Source: Candidatus Latescibacterota bacterium (GTDB taxonomy: Bacteria > Latescibacterota > UBA2968). Taken from it: DNA of 64,000 nt. Under the pieces are notes generated by a model. That model was not told the origin of the DNA. It did no database searches and saw only the letters and a program-made list of their open reading frames with translations. Positions 1-10,416 of the stretch are shown in pieces. The stretch is taken from the NCBI GenBank assembly GCA_965198115.1, contig OZ240241.1, positions 1,856,001 to 1,920,000 of the forward strand, read 5' to 3'. Every line of letters begins with the position of its first letter. The stretch's first letter is position 1. The translations under genes and the position numbers were made by a program.

Positions 1-4
1 CAAC

Positions 5-36
5 GGAGTGTCCAAGAAAACCCCGGGGCGCTGGAC
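5..36. mobile_element. Probable terminal inverted repeat of an IS3-family element (rest outside the window)
   Basis: Minus strand reads GTCCAGCGCCCCGGGGTTTTCTTGGACACTCC, resembling IS629/IS6110-type ends (TGAACCGCCCCGG...GGAGACTC). Flippase homology stops here. Confidence 0.4.
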
Positions 37-39
37 CCT

Positions 40-734
40 TACTGCGCACGGCACCATACGACCAAGTGAAATCACAATGCGGCCATGCCTGCGAACGAGC
101 AGGGCCATCAGATGCACAGGAACAGCAGAAGCCAGTAGTGATAGACGAAAAGCACCCAGAGGTCTCGACTTGCGTTCAGAAACACGACCAGGACAAGGAT
201 GAGACCCAGGATCCTCCGATAGGTTCTCGTTTTCTCTCCTTCTACGGTAAACCCGTAGGCATCGACGAAGTGATTGAGCAGCACGGTGGCTGCCCCAAGG
301 AGAGCCCAGACCAGCGCCATCCAGATGTAGGGCGTTTCCTGACCCGGCCAAACCCACTCCTGAAGGCCTGTCCAGTCGATGACGAGAACAAGCAGCGGCG
401 TTACCGCCGCTACTCCCAGAAAGAACGACCAGTAGAAACGGATCAGCCCCACCTCCCCTGGCCGTTGACTGAGCTTTGTGTAGAAGCAGAGCGGAGTGCC
501 GAGACTCAAGAAGTCCCACATCTCCGTGAAGAACCGCGTCAGGAAACTGAAATCCCCGTACGCGGCGGGACCGAGTGATCTCGGAATCAACGCGGTGGCC
601 GCGACTCGAGTTGCGCCGACGACTACGCCCGCACTGAGTTTGTGTAGATACCGTGTTGATAGTGGGATCTCCGGGTCCAGAACTCTATCGCCCACAGGGC
701 GTGCTCTTGGATTCTCCATCCGTGTCAGCTTCAA
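40..734 (-). pseudogene. wzx: Wzx-type oligosaccharide flippase, disrupted paralog of 3898-5436
   Basis: PRSLGPAAYGDFSFLTRFFTEMW is nearly identical to the intact copy. TGA at 108-110 replaces Gly, then a frameshift (shifted frame WALLVRRHGRIVISLGRM matches WARIVLSDGHVLFSLGRI), then truncation at the IS-like end. Confidence 0.85.
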
Positions 735-938
735 GGCACCGAGCTTCCCGCTTCAGAATATGCATCCAACGGCTACTCCAGCCTGCCTCGGCCAGGGCAT
801 ATCGTCGTACGAAGAGTTCCTTACTGATTGTACATCAGTTTCATACCACCATTCTGCCGGATCCTGTTGGCACCTTGTTGCAGCATCTTCGACTCGATGG
901 AATAGGATGCCTGCAGACGAAGCTTGTCGAAGTAAGGT

Positions 939-1580
939 GTCATGACCTCCGGCAAAGCCGGAGGCTTGAAAACTTGTGAACCGCTCAAAGCGGTTGGAAA
1001 CCAAGCGCCACCTAAAGGTGGCGATTACCTGAAAATGTTGAGCTGGTCGAGACTCAGGTCCTCCCGCTCCTGGTTCTGGATATACTCCCGAACCGTCTGT
1101 TCATCCTTGCCAACGGTGGAGACCCAGTAGCCTCTTGCCCAGAAATGCTGCCCGGTGAAGTTCGACCTAACCTACGTCCCAGATAGTTCCGAGCAATGTG
1201 AATCGCACTCTTTCCTTTGATGAACCCTACCGTCTGAGCTACTGAGTGCTTCGGCGGGATCGAAATCAACGTGTGCACATGGTCGGATCGCAGGTGACCC
1301 TCTTCCACACGGCATTCCTTCTGTGCGGCCAGATCCCGAATCACCTCGCCCAGATAGCGACGAATTTCACCATACAACACTTTTCTACGATACTTCCGAA
1401 CCCAAACAACGTCATACTTGCACTCCCAAACCGTGTGACGTAGACTCCTTACGTTGTTCATTAGAGAGCCTTCCTTCCGTGTGCTTTGAGCGGTCCACGG
1501 CAAGGGAGGCTCTTACATATTTCTGGAACTGTCAAACTCTGGGAGTCTCCCCGGCAGAGCCGGGGGCTTACCAAGGTTTA
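939..1580 (-). mobile_element. IS200/IS605-family element, tnpA-only
   Basis: Subterminal hairpins CCCCGGC-TCT-GCCGGGG (left) and CCTCCGGC-TTT-GCCGGAGG (right). Inserted after TAAC, ends in TGAC, no target duplication; removal restores host codons GTA ACA CCT TAC TTC. Confidence 0.9.
1025..1461 (-). pseudogene. tnpA: IS200-family Y1 (HUH) transposase, frameshifted
   Basis: HTVWECKYDVVW, KYRRKVL, DHVH, GFIKGKS in one frame; FWARGYWVSTVG...YIQNQ in the shifted frame after a 5-bp duplication at 1165-1174. Confidence 0.9.
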
Positions 1581-1832
1581 GTTACATCAGGCCGTTCTTC
1601 CCAGGTGTCTCTGGACCAAACGAGGACTGTGGGCACGTTCGCAAGCAACGATTCCAGCATTGTCGTAGGACAATGATCAATGACCAGTAGCCTATATTTT
1701 CCAAGCTTCTATGCGACAACAGGCCATCATCCCATCCAACATCTGGAAACCTTGTCTGGATCCTGCTTCGAAACGTACTGATCACAATCCTCGTGATATG
1801 GGCGGGACACAACCTTTCGTCTGAATTGCTTA

Positions 1833-3095
1833 TTACTCCTGTTCTCAAATACGGTGACGTATTCTAAGCAGACTTTGCCAAGGGCGTATCGTAGAACCTG
1901 AGTTTGTCGATCATCTCCGCGAGATCTGTTCGTGTGAACTTCCATTTGAAGGGTGTGGCGATACGTCCGTAGCGTTCCTGAAAACCGAGGATTCTTGCCT
2001 CAAGCTCTTCGAGCGATGCAAATTCGATAGGTGTCAGAGCCTTGCGTTTGAGGATCGAGAAGTAGATCTCGATCTGATTGAGCCAGCTTGCGTGGATCGG
2101 AAGGTGAACGGGGTGGATGTTTGGCCACTTCCCCTGGATACGGTCGATGCATGTTTGCCCTCGGTGCGAGGAGCCATTATCCACGATGAGGTAGACTTTC
2201 TTTGCCGAGCAATAGGGTTTCCGGCTCATGATCAGGCTCAGGAGCCGGTTGAAGGGCTCGATACCCGAAGAAGACTCACAGAGACCGAAGATTCGACCAT
2301 TGTGCACGTCGAGAACAGCCAGATAGGCCAGGGCTCCTTTCCGCTCGTATTCGTGTTTCAACGCGTGCCGCTCTGTTCGAGGCTGGCGGTAGGGTAACGT
2401 GCTTGCGAGCTCGTGCTTGAATACTGGTCTTTTCGTCGGCAGAAAGTACATATTCCCTCGGCCCTAAAGGCTTTCCTTGCCATTGGCGGTGATACAGATC
2501 AAGGACTCTACCTGCTTTGGTTTGGAAGTCCGGGTCCCGTGGGAAAATCCAGGAGCGATGATACCAAGGACGAATCGCGTCCTCGTTCAACCAGCGCCAG
2601 ACAGTGGCGCCGCTGATCTTGGCAACGAAGCCCCTTTGCACTGCCTCGGCGGCAATCTCGGAACAGCTGAACCGCGAGAGCGGTATCCCGCTCTCGCTCG
2701 GTAGTTCACACGCCAGCGCCTTGATCTGAACGACCACCTGAGGGGGGAAAACCGGGCGGGCGCCCGGGACGAGATCTATCTTCGAGTCCCGAAAGACGCT
2801 CTTCGAAAAAGCGCTTACGCCATTTGCTTACGATCGGACGCGGGACATCCAACCGTTGGGCGATAATCTTGTTGGATAATCCCTCGGCGGCGAGAAGCAC
2901 GATTTTCGATCGGATCACTTTATAATACGGTAACGTATATTGTCCAGCCATTCGCTCGAGGTCGACCCGTTCCTTCTCAGACAGTAGCACCACATAAGGC
3001 GAACGTCTTGGCATTGTTCTCCTCCTTTTGAAGGAGAACATAAGCTACAAATAATGTTCAGGACATACGTAATAATATTTATTAAACCATGCACT
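1833..3095 (-). mobile_element. IS630-family insertion sequence
   Basis: Flanked by duplicated TA (1831-1832 and 3096-3097); removal restores host codons CCT AAG CAA TTC. Weak terminal IRs share AAATA...ACGTA. Confidence 0.88.
1864..3014 (-). pseudogene. IS630 transposase in three frames (HTH orf, likely programmed shift near 2745, extra 1-bp insertion near 2357)
   Basis: HTH part SKWRKRFFEERLSGLEDRSRPGRP; DDE motifs SADEKT, IVDNGSSH, HASWLNQIEIYFSIL. Confidence 0.85.
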
Positions 3096-3317
3096 TAGGC
3101 AGCAGGGAGAAAAACCTAACCTGTCGCTGAAAGTAGTCCTCCGATAGATCGCCTACCGAACCGACGTCGAATCGTTAGAAAAACCGAGGTTGCGTCGTCG
3201 AGACGTAAAGCACTAAATCTGAGTGATACTTCGCCAGCACCTTGGTGCGTTTCAAGATACATTCGGACAATTCCGGGTCGGGCACGTTCAGACTCACGCC
3301 CTCCTTTTCGTTCGCCC

Positions 3318-3894
3318 TCGGCAGAAATGCGCGGTCGTAGCGTCGGACCGCAACCGCCTCGCCGCCGAACGCCTCGGCATAGCATCCGACAAGACGGTCC
3401 CAATCGAAGGCATCCGAACCGAAAGACGCGGCATAGGACTGGAAGCTCGCGGAACAGCCCGAATGAACCTTCTGTGTGTGGAGCGACTCCAGGAACTGGT
3501 CCTGTCGACGCAGGTACACGATTGGGGTGTCGGCGAACCCCGCCGTCACTTCCCTGGCCTGGGTCGCCACCACCGGCGCGTTCTCATAACGTGTGTCGGG
3601 GTCACCAGACAGCTCCTCGTGGCTCACCTGATACGTCGCGTGCGCTCGCCTGGCCACGCGCCGGATCTGGGCCGTCAGCCGGTCGACCAGCTTGGCGTCC
3701 CGCTGACGGGTTCGCATCAGGGCCCGGACGTCGGTTGCATCCAGCGGGATGGGGGCAGCGCCTGCCCGTTTGGGCGCCCGCCTGCTCTCCCAGATCGCGT
3801 GCTGAATAGCGGTCGACCCGGTCTTGTGCGTCCAAATATGGAGCAGCAGGCGGGGTCCCGTACGTGCATCTGAATCAGGCGACATACCCAACAC
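3318..3894 (-). pseudogene. Sulfotransferase-like P-loop protein, C-terminally truncated and fused to the transferase remnant
   Basis: LLLHIWTHKTGSTAIQ (family pattern LHIGxxKTGST), SHEEL, IVYLRRQDQFLES. ORF 3175-3894 switches to LIC12162-like sequence after RAFLPR. Confidence 0.65.
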
Positions 3895-3897
3895 CTG

Positions 3898-5436
3898 TCA
3901 GGAACCGCGGATCGCCGCGCGGATCCGCGAGACCGCCCCGTGAATGTCCCGCCGCTCGATCAGGAAGACTTGTGGCAGGGCATAGACTACGACAGAACAG
4001 AAACTCACGTGGAGCGCCCCTCCGGCAGCGAACGAGAGAAGCGGAAGCCCGATCACGTGGGAGGCGAGCCGGGTCGCGCCCAGGGCGGACAGACCGAACA
4101 CGACGATGCACGCGAGCTGATGCCGAAGAAGGGGCCAGAACTCCAGGCTCAGATATCGGGTGCTGAACCAGAGTCGCACATTCGAGAACGCAGCGGCGGC
4201 GACGACGGTCTTGAGCGCCAATCCCACGGCCCCCAGGCTGAGCCCATACCAGGACGTCGGCGCCAGAAGCCAAACCGTCAGCGCGAGCCGGAAGGCCATC
4301 TGCCACAGTCCCAGATCCTTGTGCAACCGTGTCTGCGCGGTCCCGTAGTAGAGTGCACCCAGCATCTGCGAGTACGACCGGAAGAGCGGGTGGATACACA
4401 TCAACGACACCGCCAACCCGGCCTGGGCATACGCAGAGCCACCCAACAACACCGATACGTTTCCCCCTTGTGACGCCATAAACAGCCCAATCAGCGCAGC
4501 AAGGGCGAAAACCACGGGCACGTAGCGGGCAAACAGGCGGGCCATGGCCTCGGTATCCTCTTGCCCGTGGGCTTTCGAGAACTCTCGCATCAGCAGCGGG
4601 GTCAGGGACAACGAGAAGAACGAGCAGAGCAGCCCGACGTCCTGGGACAGGGCAAACACGCCCTGCTCCGCCGACCCGTGGAGTTTCTGGAGCAACCAAC
4701 GCTCCACCACGGTCGTCAGGAATCCCGCGACCGTATAGACGACTAACGGCGAGGAATACGCGTAGAACTCCCTCACGTACCGGGCAGCCTCCGGCCGGTC
4801 GATTCTACCGAGCGAGAACAGGACGTGCCCGTCGCTTAGCACGATCCGTGCCCAGCCGATACACAGGAAAACCAGCAGCAGATAGTGGTAGATGAAGTAC
4901 GTCCACAGGCTGCGGTCCGCGGTGCGAAACACGGCGACTACGAGGACAATGCTCAGGAGCCCCCGATAGACTCTCGTCCGCTCTCCGGCGATAGTGAGAC
5001 CGTAAGCATCGATGTGGTGGTTGAGCAACGCGCTGAGCGCACCCAGCACACCCCAGCCGAGCCCCATCCAGACGTATCCGGATTCCTGCCCCGGCCACAC
5101 CCAGGCCCCCAATCCAGCCCACTGGACCCCGAGAAGCAGGAGCGAGGAGACCGCCGCGACCCCGACGAAGAACGTCCAGTAGAACCGGACTAGCCCCGTC
5201 TCGTCGGGCCGTTGGCTGATCTTGGTGTAGAAGCACAGCGGCGTTCCCATGCTCAGGAGGGACCACATCTCCGTGAAGAACCGGGAGAGAAAGCTGAAGT
5301 CCCCGTAAGCCATCGGGCCCAAGGACCGTGGCACCAGGGCGACCGCCACGAACCGGGCCGCGCCGCCAAGGAGACCGGCGCCCAGTTTGGACAGATACCG
5401 CGAAGAGAGCGGGCTCTCCTCTCCAGCTTCAGACAC
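3898..5436 (-). CDS. wzx: Wzx-type oligosaccharide flippase (MOP superfamily)
   Basis: About 510 aa, many TM segments, PRSLGPMAYGDF motif. Likely GTG start at 5436 overlapping the upstream stop (ORF track start 5475). Confidence 0.85.
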   Translation of the reverse strand: MSEAGEESPLSSRYLSKLGAGLLGGAARFVAVALVPRSLGPMAYGDFSFLSRFFTEMWSLLSMGTPLCFYTKISQRPDETGLVRFYWTFFVGVAAVSSLLLLGVQWAGLGAWVWPGQESGYVWMGLGWGVLGALSALLNHHIDAYGLTIAGERTRVYRGLLSIVLVVAVFRTADRSLWTYFIYHYLLLVFLCIGWARIVLSDGHVLFSLGRIDRPEAARYVREFYAYSSPLVVYTVAGFLTTVVERWLLQKLHGSAEQGVFALSQDVGLLCSFFSLSLTPLLMREFSKAHGQEDTEAMARLFARYVPVVFALAALIGLFMASQGGNVSVLLGGSAYAQAGLAVSLMCIHPLFRSYSQMLGALYYGTAQTRLHKDLGLWQMAFRLALTVWLLAPTSWYGLSLGAVGLALKTVVAAAAFSNVRLWFSTRYLSLEFWPLLRHQLACIVVFGLSALGATRLASHVIGLPLLSFAAGGALHVSFCSVVVYALPQVFLIERRDIHGAVSRIRAAIRGS

Positions 5437-7225
5437 GTCTGCGGCCCGTAGGAAGGAACGGCCGCTGCAGGCCACGCTGGACTTCCCTCCTCAGGAAGCG
5501 CACCCACTGTCGGGGCCACTCACGGTCGGCCTTCGCATACCGGTCGACGAATCGCTCGCGGGCCCTCTGCACCTCGCACGACCACCACCAGGATGGGTCC
5601 TGCTGGATGCGGCTGGCGGCTTCCGTCGGGTCGTGCAAGAGTACGCCAGACGCACGGAGCCTGTCGAAGAACGGCTGTGCTTCCGGCCGCTCCTCCCACG
5701 CTTCCCTGGACCACACAAGCACCGTTGGGACGTTCGACACGAGCGCCTCCAGCACCATCGTGCCACAATGATCGATCACCAGCAGGGCGTGCTTCCTGAG
5801 ACGGTCCGCTGACCGTTTCCCGTCGTCCCACATCAGGTTCGGCACCGCCTCGGTGATCCGATCGCGCACGCACTGGTCGTAGTCCGACGCGAACGGACAG
5901 TAGACGATCCTCGAGACGACGTGGTCGGGCAAAGCCTTGAGGACCTCGATCTGCCGGCCGAAGTAGGTTTCCGCCTGATCCCCTACCGGGGCGACGTTGA
6001 ACCGGCTGAGAAACCGCGAATGCGCGGAAGAAACGAACAGAATGGTCTCGGCTGGAGCAGCGTGCGCCCGTGGGTTGGGCCTCAGGATCTCCGACAGCTC
6101 CGGATCCGGAAGGTTACGTGTTCCTGCCTTCGATCCCGCCCATCCCCAGACCGCGAACACGTCGCTCAACCGTCGCTCGTGGCGTTCGGGAGCGGTGTAC
6201 CGATACTGGCCATAGCCGCCGCCGTGCTGCAAGGCGACCAGACGGGTTCCCCTCCCCGCACGATCGGCGATCACGAATTTGAGGAGGCTGTCGCGATACC
6301 AGCCCGTGGCCGAAACCACGACGGGGGGCACCCGTCTGTAGACCCTGCGGCTCTCTCGCACAGCCTCGGAAAAGCCCTCCAGATAGACCGTCGGCAGGTG
6401 CGAAGGAAGCATCGTCAGCCAGAGCCTCGTGAACTCGTCCGTCCCCGTGAGGTCGCCGAGCGATCTCCGCAGTGCGTGATCCGGACGGGGTTGACCTTGA
6501 GGAAGCGGCGCTTGAGGAATGGGCAACACCCGGAGACCCGAGCCAATCGCGAACCGCGCGTGGATACACAGGTCGCTGTGCATCCCCCACAGCCCCACGT
6601 GCCAGTGCTTCGCCCAGGCCGCTGTCATGATTCGGGACGAGTGGGTAGCTGCCCGCCCCAGGAGGTATCTGACCAAGAGCTTCCACGGCCGCCCGGGCGC
6701 CGGAATCCCGAACGCGTAGTCCTGCGTGCGGAAACGGCACCCGAGAAAAGCCAGGATCTGCGAAGCGATCTGAAGGTTATAGACATCCCTCGAAACGTGC
6801 AGCTGGTAGTCCTTGTAGTCTTGAGGACAGACGAAGGAGGTCGGGGCGAGACACAGCGAATCCAGGTCCGGATACTTGCTGAGTGCGTCCTTTATCATCG
6901 TGTAGCGATCGAACACGACGTGGACGAAATGCACAAGCCACGGACCCAGGAGGATGCGCCAGTAGCGATCGTCCCGACGGATGCCGTGCACCCGGTTCAA
7001 CGCGGACGCAACTGTCGACAGAAGGGACTCCGCCGTTTGGTCGAGTTGCTCGGCGGTCTCGAAGAATCGCACGCGATCGTTCCACGGGTTCCCGAGGACC
7101 TCGTAGTTAAAGCCCTTCAGCCTACCCCGTCGCGAGTAGATCAGACAACTCTTGGTCAGGAACAGGAGGGGCCGACTCACATCCCAGAACTCCTCGAGTG
7201 CCGTCGTGGCCAGAAAGCGTGCCAC
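5429..7225 (-). CDS. LIC12162-family putative transferase
   Basis: N-terminus FLATTALEEFWD, LNRVHG...RYWRILLGPWL, LQHGGGYG, VWGW. Real start probably GTG 7225, not 7483. Confidence 0.75.
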   Translation of the reverse strand: MARFLATTALEEFWDVSRPLLFLTKSCLIYSRRGRLKGFNYEVLGNPWNDRVRFFETAEQLDQTAESLLSTVASALNRVHGIRRDDRYWRILLGPWLVHFVHVVFDRYTMIKDALSKYPDLDSLCLAPTSFVCPQDYKDYQLHVSRDVYNLQIASQILAFLGCRFRTQDYAFGIPAPGRPWKLLVRYLLGRAATHSSRIMTAAWAKHWHVGLWGMHSDLCIHARFAIGSGLRVLPIPQAPLPQGQPRPDHALRRSLGDLTGTDEFTRLWLTMLPSHLPTVYLEGFSEAVRESRRVYRRVPPVVVSATGWYRDSLLKFVIADRAGRGTRLVALQHGGGYGQYRYTAPERHERRLSDVFAVWGWAGSKAGTRNLPDPELSEILRPNPRAHAAPAETILFVSSAHSRFLSRFNVAPVGDQAETYFGRQIEVLKALPDHVVSRIVYCPFASDYDQCVRDRITEAVPNLMWDDGKRSADRLRKHALLVIDHCGTMVLEALVSNVPTVLVWSREAWEERPEAQPFFDRLRASGVLLHDPTEAASRIQQDPSWWWSCEVQRARERFVDRYAKADREWPRQWVRFLRREVQRGLQRPFLPTGRRRV

Positions 7226-7230
7226 CCTCT

Positions 7231-7899
7231 CTACCACCTCTGGCGGAGAATCTGGAACGCCTCCGCCGATCGGAGGTTGGCCGCCATCCCGCGACAGGAG
7301 GCCATCACCTTGACCCCTTCGGCGGAGCGGGGGTTCGGAAACGCTCGGGCCTCCTCGACGTAACAGGCCAGAGCCTTCTGCTTCCGCTCCAGAAAGTCCT
7401 CGATATCCACGAAAAAGTTCGGGTGAAAGGCGCACTCCACGAGCGGAGGCGATTGCTCGGTTGAGGAGGGGACCTCGTAGCACGCGACCATCTCCAGCCC
7501 GCTATGCGCGCCGCTGATCGAGCGCAGACTGATCCACCCCGCTTCGAACGCCGACTGGTGGTCCTGGTGCGGGTCGCCGCGGTGGTTGATGTAGATCCTC
7601 TGGGGATCGAAGTCGGCTACGGCGGTCTCGATCACGCGGAGCACGTCCGAAAAGTGATCCCGCAGCCGCTCGTCAGGAAGCCGCGCGAACTCGACATCCT
7701 GGTAGCCCAAGACCTGCTTGGCATCCAGAGCGTTCGACTCCTCCCGCGCCAGACGCGCCTCGTCGAGCTGGTGGTCGTACACCCGGTTCGCCAGGAAGAG
7801 CACCTTGACACGATCGCCGGCCTCGAGGTGCCTGCAGATCGTACCACCGACCCCAAGGACCTCGTCATCCATGTGGGGCGCAATCACCAGGACCTTCAA
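7231..7899 (-). CDS. PIG-L/LmbE-family N-acetyl-sugar deacetylase
   Basis: VLVIAPHMDDEVLGVGG, DPHQDH, YEVPSSTE, AEAF. Likely TTG start at 7899. Confidence 0.9.
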   Translation of the reverse strand: MKVLVIAPHMDDEVLGVGGTICRHLEAGDRVKVLFLANRVYDHQLDEARLAREESNALDAKQVLGYQDVEFARLPDERLRDHFSDVLRVIETAVADFDPQRIYINHRGDPHQDHQSAFEAGWISLRSISGAHSGLEMVACYEVPSSTEQSPPLVECAFHPNFFVDIEDFLERKQKALACYVEEARAFPNPRSAEGVKVMASCRGMAANLRSAEAFQILRQRW

Positions 7900-7955
7900 T
7901 ACACACTCCAGTAAGGCTTGTCGGTCCCGTCGCGCAGGTCCGTGACGGCCGAACG

Positions 7956-8816
7956 TTACGGATAGTAGGCGCTGCACCTCGGGGCGAAGAACGCGTCGAG
8001 CCTATCCCTTGCGTCTTGGGTGATCACCCGCTCGCGCCCGATGATCCGCTCGTCGACAAGCCCGGCTCCCACCTCGGCGCCATCCTCGTAGAATCGGCCG
8101 AGGAAGGCGGCCATGTTCTCCTTCCGCCTTGCCGCCACGGACTCTGCTGGCAGTCCCTCGAGCACCTTGGTCAACGCCCTCGCCTCGACATCCTCGAACA
8201 GCACACCAAGAAATGCCCCTACCCGCTCCATGAAGCACGTCGGAGACGCGACGAGCTCCTCATACTTGACCACCAGCACATCGGGCTCCGAGAACAGCCG
8301 ATGGTAGTAGTCGAGGACCTCGTCGTAGAAGTAATCAGGCAGGAAGATCGGCTTCCGCTTGGGCAGCGCGAAGGGCGTCCGGGACCAGTCGAGATAGTCT
8401 TCGAATGGCAGGCTCCAGAGTCCCTCTCTTACCCAATGCTTGTAGAGAGACTCCAGCAGCGACACCGGATGCCGGAGGACGATCATAATCCTGGGAGAGC
8501 CGAAGGTCTCCCGGATACGCTTCGCCTGGCTGTAGATGCTGCTCGGATTCACGAAGTTCTCGGACGACAGCAGGTTCACCCGATCCGGGCTGAGCAGGGC
8601 TCGGACCCGCTTTGAGATCTCCGGACGTTCCTGCTCAAACCGGTAGTCGTCGAGGTAGTGCAGCTTGATCAGCCAGTCAGGATAGTTCCCGCAACTCCGC
8701 CCAAGGTAATTCAGATTCGGGTGGCCGTTGAACATCACGTCCTGAAGCCAGCTCGAGGCCGCCTTGCCGAATCCGACGTGTATACACAGTCGGCCCGTCT
8801 CAGTCGGTGTCGTCAC
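7956..8816 (-). CDS. Sulfotransferase-family protein
   Basis: IHVGFGKAASSWLQ (5'-PSB-like), LSSENF, IVLRHPVSLLESLY (3'-PB-like), VKYEEL. Confidence 0.8.
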   Translation of the reverse strand: MTTPTETGRLCIHVGFGKAASSWLQDVMFNGHPNLNYLGRSCGNYPDWLIKLHYLDDYRFEQERPEISKRVRALLSPDRVNLLSSENFVNPSSIYSQAKRIRETFGSPRIMIVLRHPVSLLESLYKHWVREGLWSLPFEDYLDWSRTPFALPKRKPIFLPDYFYDEVLDYYHRLFSEPDVLVVKYEELVASPTCFMERVGAFLGVLFEDVEARALTKVLEGLPAESVAARRKENMAAFLGRFYEDGAEVGAGLVDERIIGRERVITQDARDRLDAFFAPRCSAYYP

Positions 8817-9471
8817 GCGATCCGCCCTGGCTGCCCTCGGCCATCCGTCGCTCGAGGACCTTCTCGGCAAGCCAGAGATCGAAGTCGTCATCGATCTCGA
8901 TATTGCAGTCCCTCGGCACGATCATCGTACCAAGCCGATCACCATACTGTCGTCCTGACCGGATGACCGATGCGTCGACCACGTACACATTCCCGTCATC
9001 ACAGAAGAATCCCTTGACATCCTGACGCCGGTAGACGTCGTGAACCCCGTCCTCGACCTCGCCGAAGGGCTTGTCCTTGCTGATGAACCCGGTCGCCAGA
9101 CAGCTTGGTCTCGTGCTCTCGAACAGAGCGATCGCCCGGTCGATCAACCCGTCGTCGCGTATCGGAGATGTGGGATAGAGGTTCACGAGGATCTCGGCGG
9201 GGCACACGTCGAGGGCGTGGGCCCATACGCTCAGCGAGGTCGCCTCGTCCGTCGCCAGCTCCGGGGGCCGATCCACCACCTCTGCGCCTGTCGACCGCGC
9301 CACGCACGCGATCTCCTCGTCGTCCGTCGAGACGAGAAACCTGTCGAGCCGCGTAGCTTTCTGGGCGGCCTCAATCGTCCAGACGATGAGGGGTTTGCCC
9401 GCGATAGGCTTGACGTTCTTCCTCGGAAGTCCTTTCGATCCGCCGCGGGCGGGGATGAGACCGAGCGTCAA
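8800..9471 (-). CDS. Acylneuraminate (nonulosonate) cytidylyltransferase, NeuA/PseF family
   Basis: LIPARGGSKGLPRKN, VSTDDEEIA, PTSPIR, EIDDDFDL. Confidence 0.92.
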   Translation of the reverse strand: MTLGLIPARGGSKGLPRKNVKPIAGKPLIVWTIEAAQKATRLDRFLVSTDDEEIACVARSTGAEVVDRPPELATDEATSLSVWAHALDVCPAEILVNLYPTSPIRDDGLIDRAIALFESTRPSCLATGFISKDKPFGEVEDGVHDVYRRQDVKGFFCDDGNVYVVDASVIRSGRQYGDRLGTMIVPRDCNIEIDDDFDLWLAEKVLERRMAEGSQGGSRDDTD

Positions 9472-10416
9472 CAGGCTGTTGGGCTCGCTTTCTCTAAGAC
9501 CACGAAATCATAACCCCCTTCGGGATTATCCCGCTCACTTTCATAAATTGGCAGGAGCAATTCCTTGCAGATAGCAATCCACTCACGCTTGTGCCTGCGC
9601 CGTGATTCTCGTTCCATGGAATTCGCCATGCTGATTAAGACCGGCGAAAGCGGACGCAACCCGATATCCCAGATCTGAAGCACTAAGGGGGAAAGATATT
9701 TGCGGTGTTGGATAGGACGGAGCCCCAACCGACCGGCCAGACCTTCCACCTCGTCAATCGCGAGTTGCCAGAACGTTGAATCTGACCGCCCTTCGATTAA
9801 GACGCTGGAGCAGCCGGGCGTAATCTGGCCAATCCGCGCTTCTGTAGGATGGGCAATAACGTTCGAAATCAAGAGATTGGAGGCACAGAAACGCTCGTCC
9901 ACCAGGACTTAGAACCCTGGCTACCTCCGAAAGACAGTGCTCGGGGTTAGGTAGCCAGTAGAGCATGTTGGAGAAAAGGGACTTGATCGACTCGCTCTCG
10001 AATGGCCAAGTCTCAGCCGCGTCGCCAATTTTGTATTCTCCATACAAGTGGAGGAAGTCGGCCTGTCTTCTGAGGTTCTCCTTGTGATCTAGTGCAAAAT
10101 CGTAGACCCACTCAGGCTCTCGCACAATTTGCTCGGTCGACCCGAACCCTGAGTAGTTATCGTAGATGTCTGCGTTTTCCCAGAAGGCATCTAAATGACC
10201 AGCATTAAGGAACTGATCGTAGTCATGACTGAGGGCTCCCCCCGCACACGTAAAGCTGAACAAGCCGTTTCCGGCTCCCACGTCAAGAGAAGGACCTTCG
10301 ATCGCAAAGCCGCAGTTTCGAACGGCTATGGCGTCCCACAGTGCACTCTCTGGTCGAAGCCATTGCAGGTTGAGGAAGTCCTCAAGGAATGTGTCTGAAT
10401 ACGGATCTGAGCTCAA
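9468..10416 (-). pseudogene. Class I SAM-dependent methyltransferase, frameshifted near 9790
   Basis: SLDVGAGNG, EVARVLSPGG. An extra base in AAT CGA A GGG CGG moves the C-terminus (GRSDSTFW...WDIGLRP...FVVLEK) into ORF 9468-9902. Confidence 0.75.

Larger units (their letters stand above)
685..3317 (-). pseudogene. C-terminal remnant of a LIC12162-family putative transferase, split by IS200 and IS630
   Basis: Pieces NVPDPELSE..., LLVIDHCPTTMLESLLANVPTVLVWSRDTWEERPD and QQDPAEWW align in order to the intact paralog at 5429-7225; several stops and frameshifts. Confidence 0.85.

Noticed and set aside
108-110. In-frame TGA in the first wzx copy as possible selenocysteine
   Set aside because: It aligns to Gly in the paralog and is followed at once by a frameshift and truncation.
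939-1580. TnpB/IscB RNA-guided nuclease associated with the IS200 element
   Set aside because: The element is only 642 bp with both ends defined; no room for tnpB.
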